A stretch of 64,000 nucleotides of DNA, taken from positions 3,196,880 through 3,260,879 of the forward strand of contig CM074810.1 of assembly GCA_037447605.1 (NCBI GenBank), read 5' to 3'. The translations under genes and the position numbers were made by a program. Source of the DNA: Zygnema circumcarinatum SAG 698-1b. Taxonomy: Eukaryota; Plantae; Zygnematophyceae. Positions 48,801 to 60,592 of the stretch are shown piece by piece (the stretch's first letter is position 1; every line of letters starts with the position of its first letter). Below the pieces are notes generated by a model. That model saw only the letters and a program-made list of their open reading frames with translations, had not been told where the DNA came from and did not search any database.

Positions 48801-51800
48801 GGGAGAAAGGGAGAGAGAGAGGAAGAAAAGTGAGAAAGAACAACAGGTTTTAAAGGCTGGTCGAACTAAAAGTTCCCCACGAAGAGAAGGGCTTCGAAAG
48901 ACAGAAAGGACTTAGACATAAAAGGGGGAAAAAAAAAAAAAAAAAATGCTGAAAAAGAATGGTGTTCTGAGATAAGGAAGGGAAGAGGAAATCAGTGCCT
49001 TGCGAGAAGGAGTAGTAATGGCTGAAAAGTGGTCTTCCAGCTCTGCCAGATGCTTGCTTGTCTCCATATCCAATCCGGAGAGTGCAGCCCCTCCTGCACT
49101 ATCTGCTGCTGCAGCTTCCATTGTGCCAAAAGCACGAACGGCCGACTGAATGGCATAGAACATGCGTAATAGCTCCACATCCCATGCCCTGCAATCTCCA
49201 AATTGTCATCACCTCACTTCTAAGTTCTAAGTTTTAAGTTGTGGGTTCTAAGCATCGTTTCTAAAACCAAAATTACTATGCAAAGAAGTTCAGAACACCC
49301 TCTTCAAGACTCCAGAATCACGCCATACTTTCAACTGAAGGGTGAAAACCAAAGGGTATCTCAGCCGCAAACGACACAAGTTCGAAGCTAATTAATGAGA
49401 AGCAAAGCCTTTTCGTCATGAGCTTAGCCACCCCTATCTCTACCTCCACTCTTTGCAGTAAAGAAAATGACCACTTACCTCCGTAAAGCTGAGCCCGGAC
49501 CCATCCCAAGAGGTTGCTGACTGATGAGAGCTATGGCATCATGTGCACTAATGTCAGGAACAACATCAAATAAAACCTGGCCAACCCCATGTATTGGTAT
49601 TAGAGATGACAGCAAATACATGGGATGGTAAGAAAGAACTACACAAGAATAATTCGAACGACAAATGAAAGCACATACATGGGATTGTATGAAAACGGGA
49701 ATGCGAGAATAGTTTGAAAGACACCCATCATTGGTTGTCATGCTCTACTGCGAGAGAGAGAAAGCCAAACACAAAATAGGAGAGAGTACATTGCAACAAT
49801 TTCAGAGAAGGGCAGATACCCGAATGGGAGAGTGAATGGCGAGCCGTTCCAAAACCAATTGGGCCACAAATTCCGACGAATCAGCGACCGGTTTTCGACT
49901 TTCCGAGTCAACCAATCTCATACGTTGAGTTTCACGAGCTGCTCTGTGAGTGGATGCAACAAATGAAGCTAGTCGTAGTCGATAACAGAGCTGGTCACAT
50001 AGTTGGTCAATGCACGATTCCTGCAAAGAAGGATGTGGACAGCGAGAAAAAAAAATTGCAGTTGGGGTTTAAGAACTCAATACATATATATATCACGATA
50101 TGCGAAACATTTTGGAAAATCAGGGATGTCACTCATCTGGAGAGTTATGCAAAAAGGGCCCTTTAGAGGATGAGCACAAGTGGCGAAAGGAAATGTCAGA
50201 GAGGCAGAAAAATGCTGAAGACTTTGTTTGTTACTTCCCGTGGGGTGAGGGAGAACTGGAAGCAGCCATAGCATTCCTAGTCTTTCGGAAGTATGGAGAA
50301 AAGGAAATGGTCGGGAGATAGAGAAATAATGCTGACAGAACAGGGAACTTGAATGGGCTCTTCTCTAGCCAGAATGAAAGGCATTATTTAGGGAGAAAAG
50401 AAACCTTGGCAGACCCATCCGCCGGTTGTGTTGTAGCAGTTTCACTCCCACCCCCCTCCTCCTCTTCCTCCTCCTCTAATGTAGGAACTTCCCAAAGAAG
50501 ATGCATCATTCGGCTGCGAGAATCTGTATCTCCCGCTAGCAGATCCCATCCCATGGCTGCAACGAGAGGTCGCAACTTCACAAAAGGTGCCAATATCTGC
50601 ACAATAATGAGCAGAAACGAAGAATGGTTCAAGGAACCAATGCTCAAAATGTTCGATTTTCACAAAGAAACACAGAGATCAGCTTCAGAAGCAACAACAA
50701 ATGTATGCTTTACCTGCGTTAGGAGAAATTGTTAGACGACAAACATCTTTACCTGCAGGGTAAAGAGGTTCAATCAATCAATACTAAAGTTCACCACTTA
50801 CATCTGCTGCTTTCTGGAAATGTTTCTTTCCCACAGCCACCAGTGCATCCTCAAGCACGCAGGAAAGCAGGTGTTTCCTCTCCACCCGAGCATAATGATA
50901 CATCTCTCGCACTGCCTTTACTATGGCTGCCTCCCGCAGCTCTACCCCATCCTCACGGAGCTGATCTTCTGCTTCCCTAAGCTGGGTAAGAGTCAAATGG
51001 AGTCTTTCCAATGGAGGAGCTGCAAGTTGCTCAGGGTTGCTGCTGTAATGCAGGGCTTCCTCATGGACTCTCTCATCCTCAGCAGCCTGCAACGTCGAAA
51101 GGAACGCTTTATAAAGAAAAGATACAATTCTCACACCTTCTTCTTTCACACTTTTGATAATTGCAGACTTTTCTGAATGAATGCTGTCCGTTTGCGTATG
51201 CTTCTACCACACGTTTCCTTCATGATTCATAAGGGATCATGTTTCTTTTTAGCACTGAATGGACTAGGGAGATAGACTACTGGCCCACGCACCTCCAGCA
51301 TTTTCATAAGTGCAGCACTCCCATTCGCCATCATAGCCTCATACATCTCAGCCGCTCTCGCCTGCATTTCTGAATCTTGTACTCCTCGAGAGTAGACAGC
51401 AGCTAGCATTGATTGGAACATGCCGCTGCACTCACTGCGCAACAGACCCTCTCCTAATTGTAAGCATCTTCCAGAACATGTTAGTTCACTGTTAACTTGA
51501 TTCGGCTAAAAGGTTCAATAGCTTATGTGGTTGAAACCCAAGAAGATGCAAATTAAGAAATATTCAAACTTGTCTGGGCCAGACCATAATCTCTAGTTGC
51601 ACCTTCATGGTCTAGTCTGCGTTTCAAGTTTTCCTCAGCAAATAACAATAAAGAGAATAAGAAAGAAAAAACCTTAATTTGGCAACAATGAGACCATTTA
51701 CATGAATGTACAAAGATTTTCTGCAAAGTTCATAAAACTTATGCTATAGCCATAGATTCCGATTTGGTATGGTACAAAAACCTCGTCGTCAACGAAAAAA

Positions 51801-52931
51801 ATAGTCTTTTTACTTAGAACAAGTGAAAGATAACGTATGATTAAACCTCCAATGATATACTGGAGCGTCAAAATGAAGGACAAAAGGAGAACCCGTACAA
51901 CCTTAATATTTTTTATGCAGAAACCTTAGAATATAGAGATTCCGTGAGGAAAATGTAAAGTAGACCTACCTGTATCCATCGCCAGAAGCGTTCAAGAACT
52001 CTTCTCTTAAAAATCGCAGGCGTATGCAAGCCTGTGAGAAGCTTCCGCTACTTGCAAGTTTAACAATAGCCTTCACATGGGCCTGCTGTATAAGCGCAGG
52101 AAGAATGCCTGGACCCTCTTGAGACTCATTTTTCTCCTCAGTTTGTGCCTTAAACCTTGCATCACTTCCTCTCCGTTCCTCTGCCTCTCCTTCACTATTT
52201 ACAGCTTTTTGCGATTCTAAATTTCGTTTGTATTGCCTCTTTTCAATCTGCTTTGCCACGTTCTGACACGTCGCATCCAAGAGTTCTGCCTGCTCCGCTA
52301 CAACAAGCTCAAACACCTCTGCCATGGATTCTGAAAGCTCTTCCAGCTTTGCAGGCACCTTCGCTTCCTCGCTCTCGTAAGGCTCCAGGCCCCATGCCCT
52401 CGCGTCTCTCAAAAAAGTCAGCATTTGCTGGAAACAGTGCCCCGTGCTCTCTCCCGCCCGCTCTCCTTCCTCCCTTCCCTCTCCCTCTCCCTCTTCCTCA
52501 CCAGATTTCTTCTTCCCTACCACATCTCCTTCCCCACCTGCATTCAGAGAAGGCAGCTCTCTCCCATGGCCATGGCCGTATCCTTCTGTACCATCCAATC
52601 TCTCAGCAATCTCTTTAATAGAGCTCTCCAGCATTGTTTTGTAGAGTTCAAACTCCACCACCTCCACATCGACCAGTGCTGGGTCGCCCTCCATGGCTAA
52701 GTAATCCCCCAGGCACAGCCATGCCAGGTGTGCAGGCGACGGAACTGAAGCTGAGCATAGAAACCCTGGCAGGTGTCCGCCATGGCGGACGACGTGCAGC
52801 AGGATCCGCAGCGATACAGCTGGCAGCAGGCGGTGCAGATCGAGGAGAGCCGCACGTGCGGGCTCGTATTGGCCAATGGCGAGGTGGTTAGCTGCCAGCT
52901 GGGCCAGCATATCGCCGGGGGAAGGCGCCAT
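35175..52931 (-). CDS. ZFYVE26: ZFYVE26/spastizin (SPG15, AP-5 associated) homologue; multi-exon, several C-terminal exons lost in an assembly gap
   Basis: Exon 1 52931-51970 ([31 protein letters not shown]), then collinear conserved blocks: [108 protein letters not shown] (35694-35593), C-terminus [11 protein letters not shown]. Not all exons were resolved. Confidence 0.88.
35291..35390. other. Assembly gap (100 N); two further 10-N gaps at about 15306 and 16102
   Basis: Runs of N in the sequence. Confidence 1.
35722..36370. repeat. About 650-bp (GGGAGA)n-like tract in a ZFYVE26 intron (polypyrimidine on the sense strand)
   Basis: Direct read; ends about 27 nt from the acceptor at 35695. 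Confidence 0.95.
37322..37689. repeat. 184-bp tandem duplication spanning a ZFYVE26 exon end, donor and intron
   Basis: 37322-37505 versus 37506-37689; I count 4 substitutions. Confidence 0.95.
40537..41145. repeat. About 600-bp (GGAAA)n pentamer satellite in ZFYVE26 intron 40533-41418
   Basis: Direct read; interspersed GGTAAGG variants. Confidence 0.97.
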
Positions 52932-53059
52932 GGCAGAGCGAGTGAATGCAATTTGGGTTTTTAGGGTTTGAAGGGAAGGGAAAGTGGAAAAGAAGGGGCC
53001 TCTGGGATTGGGGTGTGGATGTAAAAGGCAGAGGGAAAAGAGGAGGCTCCGATAGTTAA

Positions 53060-53560
53060 GGTTAGGGTCAGTTTTAGGGTTAAGGTTAGGGTTAGGGTTA
53101 GGGTTAGGGTTAGGGTTAGGGTTAGGGTTAGGGTTAGGGTTAGGGTTAGGGTTAGGGTTAGGGTTAGGGTTAGGGTTAGGGTTAGGGTTAGGGTTAGGGT
53201 TAGGGTTAGGGTTAGGGTTAGGGTTAGAAGTAGGGTTAGGGTTAGGGTTAGGGTTAAGATTAGGGTTAGGGTTAGAATTAGGGTTAGGGTTAGGGTTAGG
53301 GTTAGGGTTAGGGTTAGGGTTGGGGTTAGGGTTAGGGTTAGGGTTAGGGTTAGGGTTAGGGTTAGGGTTAGGGTTAAGATTAGGGTCTTAGGGTAAGATT
53401 AAAGTATTAAAGTTAGGGATAGGGCTAAGATTAGGGTATCAGCGTTAAGTATTAGATAATAGGGTTAGAGTTAGGGTAAGGGTAAGGGTTGGGGTTAGGG
53501 TTAGAGTTAAGCTTAGGGTACTAGGTATAGGGTTAAGATCAGGGTATTAGGGTTAGATTT
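53060..53560. repeat. (TTAGGG)n array: pure about 53086-53226, few variants to about 53380, degenerate to about 53560
   Basis: Direct read; lies in the divergent ZFYVE26/TPX2-like intergenic region. Confidence 0.97.
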
Positions 53561-54480
53561 AGGCTTTGAAGGCAGGGAATCAGAAGAAGAGGTTGCCGAG
53601 GGTTAAGGCATAAACGGAAGGGAGGGTTTATCTAGGGTGTTGGCTTCCTGACCGTTGCTGCTTTGGCCAATTTCCCAACTTCCTTGCCGGAGCACGGCCT
53701 AAAGTTTTTTTGGAACTGAAGGTCGCATCGACAGCCAATCAGATGCAGGGTTTTAGCTGACGTGGCGCTTTAAAACGGTTAAGGGCAGCTGAAAATTAGA
53801 CAAAAGTGCGAACTTAATATGTAAACCAGTAATAGTTTGCCACGTGTATAATTGACATGATAAGTTTTTTCCAGCTAGGCCACAAAAAGTACCAAATTTT
53901 TACCCGAAAAAATTACACTTGTTCTACAAATGTCCAATGGGCGACGTTTTTCACAAGGGTGAATGGAATATATCGGGCAGAAAAAGAAAGTATTGGCCAA
54001 GTTGGTAACGGTAACTTGAAGAGCCTCCGCACGTGCGGCGCCCTCTGCGGAGAAATGAATGGGGGCAGGGCCTGCTGGAGGAGGGGCCTCTCTCTCTCTC
54101 CCTCTTTCTCTCTCTCTCTCTCCCCCTCTCTCTCTCTCCCTCTCTTTCTCTCACTCTCTCTCGCGCTCTCTCTCTTGCTCTCTCTCTCTCTCTTTTGCGC
54201 TCTCTCTCTCTCTCTCTTCTCGTACAAGGTACTATTCTTGATGCTCTGTTGGAAGAATGATTGTTCTGTCGCTCTCTCGGTGAAAGGCTCGCCTTTTTTG
54301 CTTTCGCCTTGGAAGTTTCCCTCTCTTTCTCTCTCTCTCTCTCTCGCTCGCTCTTCCCCTTCCTCACTCGTAAAAGGTAACCTCTTGTAGCTCTTTGTTG
54401 CAAGAGTGTTCATCCTGTCGCTCTCTCTGTAGGGAGGCTCTGCTTTGTTGCTTTCTCCTTGTCGGAATTCTCTCTCTCTC

Positions 54481-54514
<34 letters not shown>

Positions 54515-54612
54515 CTCTCTCTCTCCCTCGCGCTTTCCTTTCCCTGATTAAGTGTCGTGCATGACAGGACTCCGCTGCGGCGGAGTGATCTCGTGCGGCA
54601 TTCCGGAGGCCA

Positions 54613-56830
54613 ATGGGCCGCACTGAGCTGCAGATTGATCTGACGTACGAGAACATCTCCGCCCCCAAATATGTCGATTTACTGCAGCAAGAAAAGCCGG
54701 AGGACATTCTCAATGTGGAGGCGTGGTTTGAGACGGCTGCTGCAGATGTAGCATCAGGTAAGGTTTTTTTTTGGTCTGCCTTTTTTTATCCCTTTTATAT
54801 GTGAGTTTTCAACGTCTAGTAAGTGCAGACATGTTCAATAGCATAGGGAAAAGGCATTCGTCAATTATTAATTGGACGCGGAAAAATAGATTGTTCGTAA
54901 TGATCAGTGCTGCAGAAGATGTATATATGGCAGAAACGACCACGTCACTTGCCAAAGGCTGCAAATTTGAACGAGGATGATTTCTTTCTGTAGTTCTGTT
55001 AAAAAACAAGCATCGACCAAAAGGAAAAGCAGCATCAAGTTGAATGTTTGCAGCCTGCAGCAGCGCAGGGCAGAACCGGACTGAACTGAAACTGAACTGA
55101 AGAAGTAGTTCTCATAAGAAGTTCATAGCTTCATTTGCGCTTGTATTTTAAGTAGCCGATTGCTTAGCTGAAAAGGTGTCTGCTTGGCAGCGGCGGAGAA
55201 GGAATTTAGTTAGTTCCCTTGTTTCAAGGAAACTTCTCATATAACATGCACTATAGCATAAACTATGACTTTTATTTCATGTTGCCGATCAATGTTGTTC
55301 CTAGACACCATCATGCAGGACAAGTTGTCCGAGCGAGAGCGGCCGGAGTATGTCTCTCCCCCCTTTCAGTCATGGACATAAATTTTTCTTCCGAGCAAGC
55401 CATCGTGGTGAGTGACAAGGGAGGGAGAGAGAGGGGAGGGAAAGGAAGGGGGGGAGAGAAGAGGGAGGGGCGAGGGCGAGGGTGAGGGAGTAGGCGGGGG
55501 CTGAAATGATCAAGCATGTCAGGCTGATTTTTGGAGAGTCAAAGACTGAGAAAAGAATTGATACCTCGCATACTTTTGCGATGTTCTTGATGCATATTCA
55601 TGTGGCATGTCTTGTAAATAGAACTTGTTTCATTTGTCAATTCACCTTTGATTAGAATACAATCTTTTTAAAGAGATCATGCTCCTGGGAAGATAAAAAG
55701 GCTTTCTGTGCTGATGATCGGAGCATTAGGTGAACTTTATAACTTTAAGTAAAGTATTATTTCACCTGACACCATTTGCTACTTTTTACCAGGCTTCGGA
55801 AAAGGGGCCAAAATTATCCACAGCAGTACCACAACTTCACATGTAAACCCTTTGACCATGCGCTTTCTATGTCCCATGGAGCATTTGTACATTTTTTTTT
55901 GCTAATTTACACCACTTCCGTTTGATCATTTGCAAAAATGGGCAATGTTTGATATAATCGGTAGAATGCGTACAGTTCAACTGGCCTGAATGTGTTGAAA
56001 AATGACACAGAGTTTAAATTTGTGCATTTTGTTTTTTTCCCTCCACTATTTTCTGCAGGGTAGCAGGAAATGGGTTTACGTTTACTTCCCCAAACAGCAT
56101 CTCAGGTATGTCAGAATGCCTTCCAAGGATCAAAAATATGTTTTGATTTAAAAAAAAAAAGATCAAATCCAAGTCTGAAGAGTTTAAAATCCCTTTTTGT
56201 TTCCTGAGACCTGCATAACAAGTGAGTCAAGGAAAGGTTATACAAGGAGACTTCTTAAAGAAGATTACCTCCCTTCTTGCAGGGATTCATACAGATTAAC
56301 GGTTCAAATCTATCGATTATCTATTATTATCTATCTATTTTCTATTAAAATCTACTTATTACTCTCCCTCTCCTCTCCCTCCCTCTCTATGTGTAAGCAT
56401 GCATAGCTTACAACCTTGAAACTTTGAAAACGCTACAACCTACAATCCCAAAATGCCATAGAAACCTGCAAACCTAATAATCCCTCACAACTCACAACTT
56501 CACAACTATGTAGTGATTCATTTCTTGAAGAAATGTGTGGCACAGAGCGCCCCATGAAGACTCCTGACAAGTTTTCTTTTTGGAAGAAGAAGCGATCGGA
56601 AGCGACAAGCAGCAAAGAAGTAGGGACTTCCTCTGGAGGCGGAGCCGTAGAGAAGAAGCTTCCTGGAAGCGCCTCGAAACATCGTCCAATTCCTCATAGT
56701 GCTACACAGCGTGGGAAGCTGCTAAGTGCCATAGATGTTGCTTATTCCATGAAATCCAGTAAATCAAAGTGAGGTTCTCCCTCCTCCATCGTGTACTTTC
56801 TTAACCAAGAGCTGAGTCTTGAGAGAGAGT

Positions 56831-56866
<36 letters not shown>

Positions 56867-59800
56867 GAGAGGCGAGTCTCAAGGCCCGTGGAGTACCTTT
56901 GCTTAAAGCAATTTTGCGCCTTCTATCGACATGTCAAATCTCATTTGATTCCATTGAAACAATGTTTGATGTCACTTGCATTTGAATCCTTTGCTAGGAA
57001 AAGTCATTCGAAGCTTACTATCTCTCAGTTCAGATTGACAATACTCTGGTCTCACGGTTGCTGTGTGGCTAAGTTAATTTAATTCTACTGCTCTCTCGCT
57101 CCCCTCTCTGCCTCTCTTCTCTCTCTCTCTCTCTCTCCCTCTCTCACTCACTCTCTCTCTCTCCCTCATTTTGCAGGACCCTGCTTGAAAACGCGCAACT
57201 GGCAAACGCGTGCCACTCTGCTATATCTTCTCTAAGTGAAACCACGAAGTAGGTATTTCATTCAACGACGTCCCTTAAAAAAAAAAAAAAAAACCCCTAA
57301 AATGGAACGTATTGCCTTTAATGTGTCTATGGTAAGTTTCAAGCTTTAGAGCTGTGCTCTTGGCGCTTAGGGTTAGAATTATGTTAATCGTTTAAACATT
57401 CAAACAATACATTTTTTTCGGTTTTAGGCTTTAGGGTTTGGAGTTTAGGGCGAGATTTGTTAGAGTTTAGTGGTTAAGAGTTTAGAGTGTAAGGTCTGGG
57501 TTCAGGGTTTAGAGAATTCGGCGTATGTTCGAGTGGAAGACTTGACTTCAGTATCGGTTTAGGGGTTCAGGGGCTGAGGTTTAAGAGTTTAAGTTAGGGT
57601 TCAGGGCCTAAGGTTGAAGGCGTTAAGGTTTAGGGCTTAGGGCTTCAGGTTAGGGTTTCAGCGTTTGAGGTTTAGGGTATTGGGTCTCACCTTTAAGGTT
57701 TCAGGACTGAGTCTCCCGCGCCTTCTCCCTCGCTCTCTCCCTCTTCCTCTCCCACTCCCTCTCCCTCGCCCTCGCCCTCTTCCTCTCCCACTCCCTCTCC
57801 CTCTCCCTCGCCCTCGCCCTCATCCTCTCCCTCTCCCTCTCCCTCTCCCTCTCCCTCTCCCTCTCCTCTCCTCGCCCTCATCCTCTCCTCTCCCTCTCCC
57901 TCTCCCTCTCCCTCTCCCTCTCCTCACCCTCTCCCTCTCCCTCTCCCTCTCCCTCTCCTCTCCTCTCCTCTCCCTCCCCCTCTCCCTCTCCCTCCCCCTC
58001 TCCCTCTCCCTCTTCCTCTCTCACTCTCTTTCTCCCTCTCCCTCTCCTCTCCCTCTCCCTCTCCCTCTCCCTCTCCCTCTCCCTCTCCTCTCCTCTCCCT
58101 CTCCTCTCCCTCTCCTCTCCCTCTCCCTCTCCCTCTCCCTCTCCCTCTCCTCTCCCTCTCCTCTCCCTCTCCCTCTCCCTCTCCCTCTCCCTCTCCCTCT
58201 CCTCTCCTCTCCCTCTCCCTCTCCTCTCGCTCTCCCTCGCCCTCGCCCTCTTCCTCTCCCTCTCCCTCTCGCTCTCCCTCTCCCTCCCCCTCTCCCTCGC
58301 CCTCCCCTCTCCCTCTCCTCCCTTCTCCCTCCCCCCTCCTCCCTCTCCCTCTCCCTCTCCCTCTCCCTCTCTCCCTCTCCTCTCCAGTCCCCCTCTCCCT
58401 CGCCCTCTCCCTCTCCCTCTCCCTCTCCCTCACCCTCTCCCTCTCCTCCTCTCCCTCTCCCTCTCCGTCGCCCTCCCCTCTCCCTCTCCCCCACCCTCGC
58501 CCTCCCCCTCTCCGTCTCCCTCTCCCTCCCCCTCTCCCTCGCCCTCTCCCTCTCCCTCTCCCTCTCCCTCGCCCTCCCCTCCCTCTCCCTCTCCGACTCC
58601 CTCATCTTCTCTACGCTGTTGGCACCACAGAACCCGTCGTTCGGAGTCGCATGCGTCTCACAGCGACCAACCTCCGCAGACTTCACGGAGTCACAAAGCG
58701 GAGCCTGCCCGGTTGAAGCAGGTGGTGCAATGTAATGTAATGTGTGAGCATGTTTTTTTGCAAGGATTTCTTTAAGTGGCTCATATTCCTTCTTCTGTAG
58801 TCTGAGAAAGAGATTGTTTAGACTTACACAGTCCTCGTTCTCCTTCTAAGCGTGATGTCAGATCCGCGAGCCACGTGGCCCAGTTGAGCCATCGCGTTCT
58901 AATGCTCCGTTGACTGTTCCCCACGAATTCCATTTTAAAACGGAGGAGCGTGCACATAGAAATCGGGGGGAGAAAGAGGTTCAGGTATGAGGAAAACTTC
59001 GAACCTTGAACCTTTTGATTTTTTCACTACGCCAAATGTAGTCTTTGTCCTTATTGGATACTGAAAGGCTTATTTAATTCTCCCATGTTGGAATTTGGCA
59101 TATCAAGAGGCCAATAAAAAGAATTTGTTCACAAATGCCACTTAAAATCATTTTTAGTTATATGAAGTCTCTTGATCTTCATTGCAGGTCCACGTCATAT
59201 CAACCCTGTCAGATTTTCGGTTTTCTAAGCCGAAAGAAGGTCATGTTGAAGCTTCAAATCGAGCTCGACCAACAAAGTGAGTCCTCACATGTGTCACTAA
59301 TTGGCACAAAAGTTTTCGATAATATTTTTCCATTTTTCTGAAGGCTATGTAACAAATGATTTGGCAAAGAGGGTGGTGGTGATTAGAGTGAAGAGCACAC
59401 AGGAGTTGGAAAATGAGTACGTGGAGAATGGTCCCAAGCTCAAAACAAAACCTCTTGATGCAAGGGTATGTTGTCCCTCTTTATAAGCCTCGCCTTTCTC
59501 CTCCACTTGGTTAAAAAAATATTCATCTTATGTCCATAATTTTGTGAGCTTTGTACAGATATTCAAAGGAAATTTTGGGCTCCCCTTCGTGTCAAAAAGA
59601 CCGCTTACTCATTTCCAGGTAAGCTATCAAGGCCTTTTCACCCACACAGACAATGGATTGTTTAAGTATTTTTAAGGTCAATTCTCTCCCTTGTCCAAGA
59701 CATTCCGCCATTGTATCTGCAGATTTTTTGTTGATCACTGTGCCCGCACGCGTGCAGGAATTTCACTTTCACACAGCTGAACGCGCCAAGCGCTACATTG

Positions 59801-60592
59801 CGCCAGGTCCCGCAGCACACTCAGCAGGAGAGGTAAAGGCAACACACCCTCCTTCACTCACCCTTCTCTCTCTCCCTCTCCCTCTCCCTCTCCCTCTCCC
59901 TCTCCCTCTCCCTCTCTCTCCACCTCTCTCTCCACCTCTCCCTCTCCCTCTTCCTCTCTCACTCTCTTTCTCCCTCTCCCTCTCCCTCTCCCTCTCCCTC
60001 TCCCTCTCCCTCTCCCTCTCCCTCTCCCTCTCCCTCTCCCTCTCCCTCTTCCTCTCTCCCTCTCCCTCTCCCTCTCCCTCTCCCTCTCCCTCTCCCTCCC
60101 TCTCCCTCCCTCTCCCTCTCCCTCTCCCACTCCCTCTCCCTCTCCTCTCCTCTCCCTCTCTCTCCACCTCTCCCTCTCCCTCCTCCCTCTCCCCTTCCCC
60201 TCCCTCTCCTTCTCCCTTCCCCTCCCCTTCCCCCTCCTTTGCCCCCCCTGCCCCTGTCCCTGCCCCTCTTCCTCTTCTTCCTCTCCGCTCCTCTCTCCCT
60301 CTCCCCCTCTCCCCCTCTCCTCACTCTCTCCCCCACTCCCTCCCCCTCGCTTTCCCTTTCACTGCCCTCCCAGATTCTTACACTCTCTTCCTGCTTTCGC
60401 AACGTGCTTTCTGATTGATCACCTTCTATTTGTCCTCGGAATTTCAGCAATTAATTGATGTTTGCTTCCTTGGTTTGTGGTTTGCAGGCAGACAGAATGT
60501 CAGACAATGGAACCAATTCGCGGCAGCTAGTCATGGTGGAAAATCAGCCAAAAATGTCATCCGCGTTGTCAACACAACCCAAGAAGATGTGA
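54613..60592 (+). CDS. TPXL: TPX2-like microtubule/Aurora-activating protein (TPXL type)
   Basis: N-terminal Aurora-binding-like [25 protein letters not shown] (54613-54757); [15 protein letters not shown] (about 58910-58950); [26 protein letters not shown]|[12 protein letters not shown]|[11 protein letters not shown] (59343-59832); last exon about 60488-60592. Middle exons are tentative. Confidence 0.8.
57420..57700. repeat. Degenerate TTTAGGG/TTCAGGG heptamer-type tract in a TPXL intron
   Basis: tttagggtttggagtttaggg...ttcagggtttagag...tttagggcttagggcttcagg. Confidence 0.65.
57715..58595. repeat. About 880-bp (CCCTCT)n polypyrimidine tract in a TPXL intron
   Basis: Direct read; ends about 35 nt before the acceptor AG at 58629-58630. 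Confidence 0.95.
59860..60360. repeat. About 500-bp (CCCTCT)n tract in the last TPXL intron
   Basis: Direct read. Confidence 0.95.

Noticed and set aside
55705-55775. Possible intronic C/D snoRNA (TGATGA ... CTGA) in TPXL
   Set aside because: Only a 3-bp terminal stem and about 8 nt of plausible rRNA complementarity; insufficient without a snoscan/Rfam search.
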